A stretch of 20,000 bases of DNA from Rozella allomycis CSF55 (taxonomy: Eukaryota). Of the stretch, positions 19,785 through 20,000 are shown piece by piece; position 1 is the stretch's first letter, and each line of letters starts with the position of its first letter. A model generated the notes under the pieces. The model was not told the origin of the DNA and made no database searches. It worked only from the letters and a program-made list of their open reading frames with translations. Location of the stretch: NCBI GenBank assembly GCA_000442015.1, contig KE560848.1, positions 123,603-143,602 on the forward strand, in the 5' to 3' direction. The position numbers and the translations under genes were made by a program.

Positions 19785-20000
19785 ATAATAATGTGTAGCC
19801 AAGCATCATACGGAGTGATTACTTGATTATTATGTGTATTTTGAATGTTAGTGGATATAATAATGTGTAAGCAAGTATCACGCAGAGTGATCACTTGATT
19901 ATTATATGGGTGTTCATGTGGATATAATAATGTGCATGGCGAGTATCATGCGGAATGGACACTCGATTATTATATGTGATTATTCGCAAGGATAATAATG
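19785..20000. repeat. Degenerate tandem array of ~49-50-nt hairpin units with variable spacers (periods 72, 67, 68 bp; 3 full units and the start of a 4th)
   Basis: Units start with ATAATAATG at 19785, 19857, 19924 and 19992; the three full units end with ATTATTAT at 19833, 19905 and 19973; an inner inverted repeat C(A/G)AG...CT(T/C)G is present in each. Confidence 0.88.

Larger units (their letters stand above)
19332..20000 (-). mobile_element. 3' end of an LTR retrotransposon (3' LTR + PPT + non-coding internal region); continues beyond the window
   Basis: The LTR copy is immediately preceded on the minus strand by a polypurine tract and has no TSD on that side. No gag/pol is visible in the window, so superfamily and autonomy are unknown. 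Confidence 0.85.

Noticed and set aside
19297-19894. ORFs 19297..19485 (+) and 19574..19894 (-)
   Set aside because: They cross LTR boundaries and merely translate the 24-bp and hairpin repeats (GILIPIHR repeats); no gag/pol/env motifs.
19785-20000. CRISPR array or integron attC array
   Set aside because: Eukaryotic context with no cas or integrase gene; repeats are degenerate and longer than the spacers, spacers partly resemble each other, and there are no RYYYAAC/GTTRRRY ends.

Overview
AT-rich, very gene-dense eukaryotic DNA with tiny (26-29 nt) GT-AG introns and the standard genetic code. This fits a compact-genome basal fungus or relative, such as a Rozella/Cryptomycota-like organism (taxon inferred, not shown). 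Splicing the micro-introns merges many fragments of the ORF track into real genes. Bases 1-10895 are one 5'-truncated coiled-coil gene of >3600 aa. Next come two paralogous 2-TM genes flanking a tRNA-Thr(UGU), and a stand-alone mitochondrial RsfS/MALSU1 gene. A secreted-protein gene is split by a 306-bp solo LTR with a perfect 5-bp TSD. Then follow an OB-fold + Zn-ribbon gene (RPA1/SHLD2-like), a GPI-anchored surface protein, and an LRR + BC-box-like + Cys-motif gene. A cryptic 3-exon Rap1-like gene (BRCT + RCT, no Myb) and an unknown gene come last. The window ends in the 3' end of an LTR retrotransposon of the same family as the solo LTR: 3' LTR, polypurine tract, and a tandem array of ~50-nt covarying hairpins separated by variable spacers.
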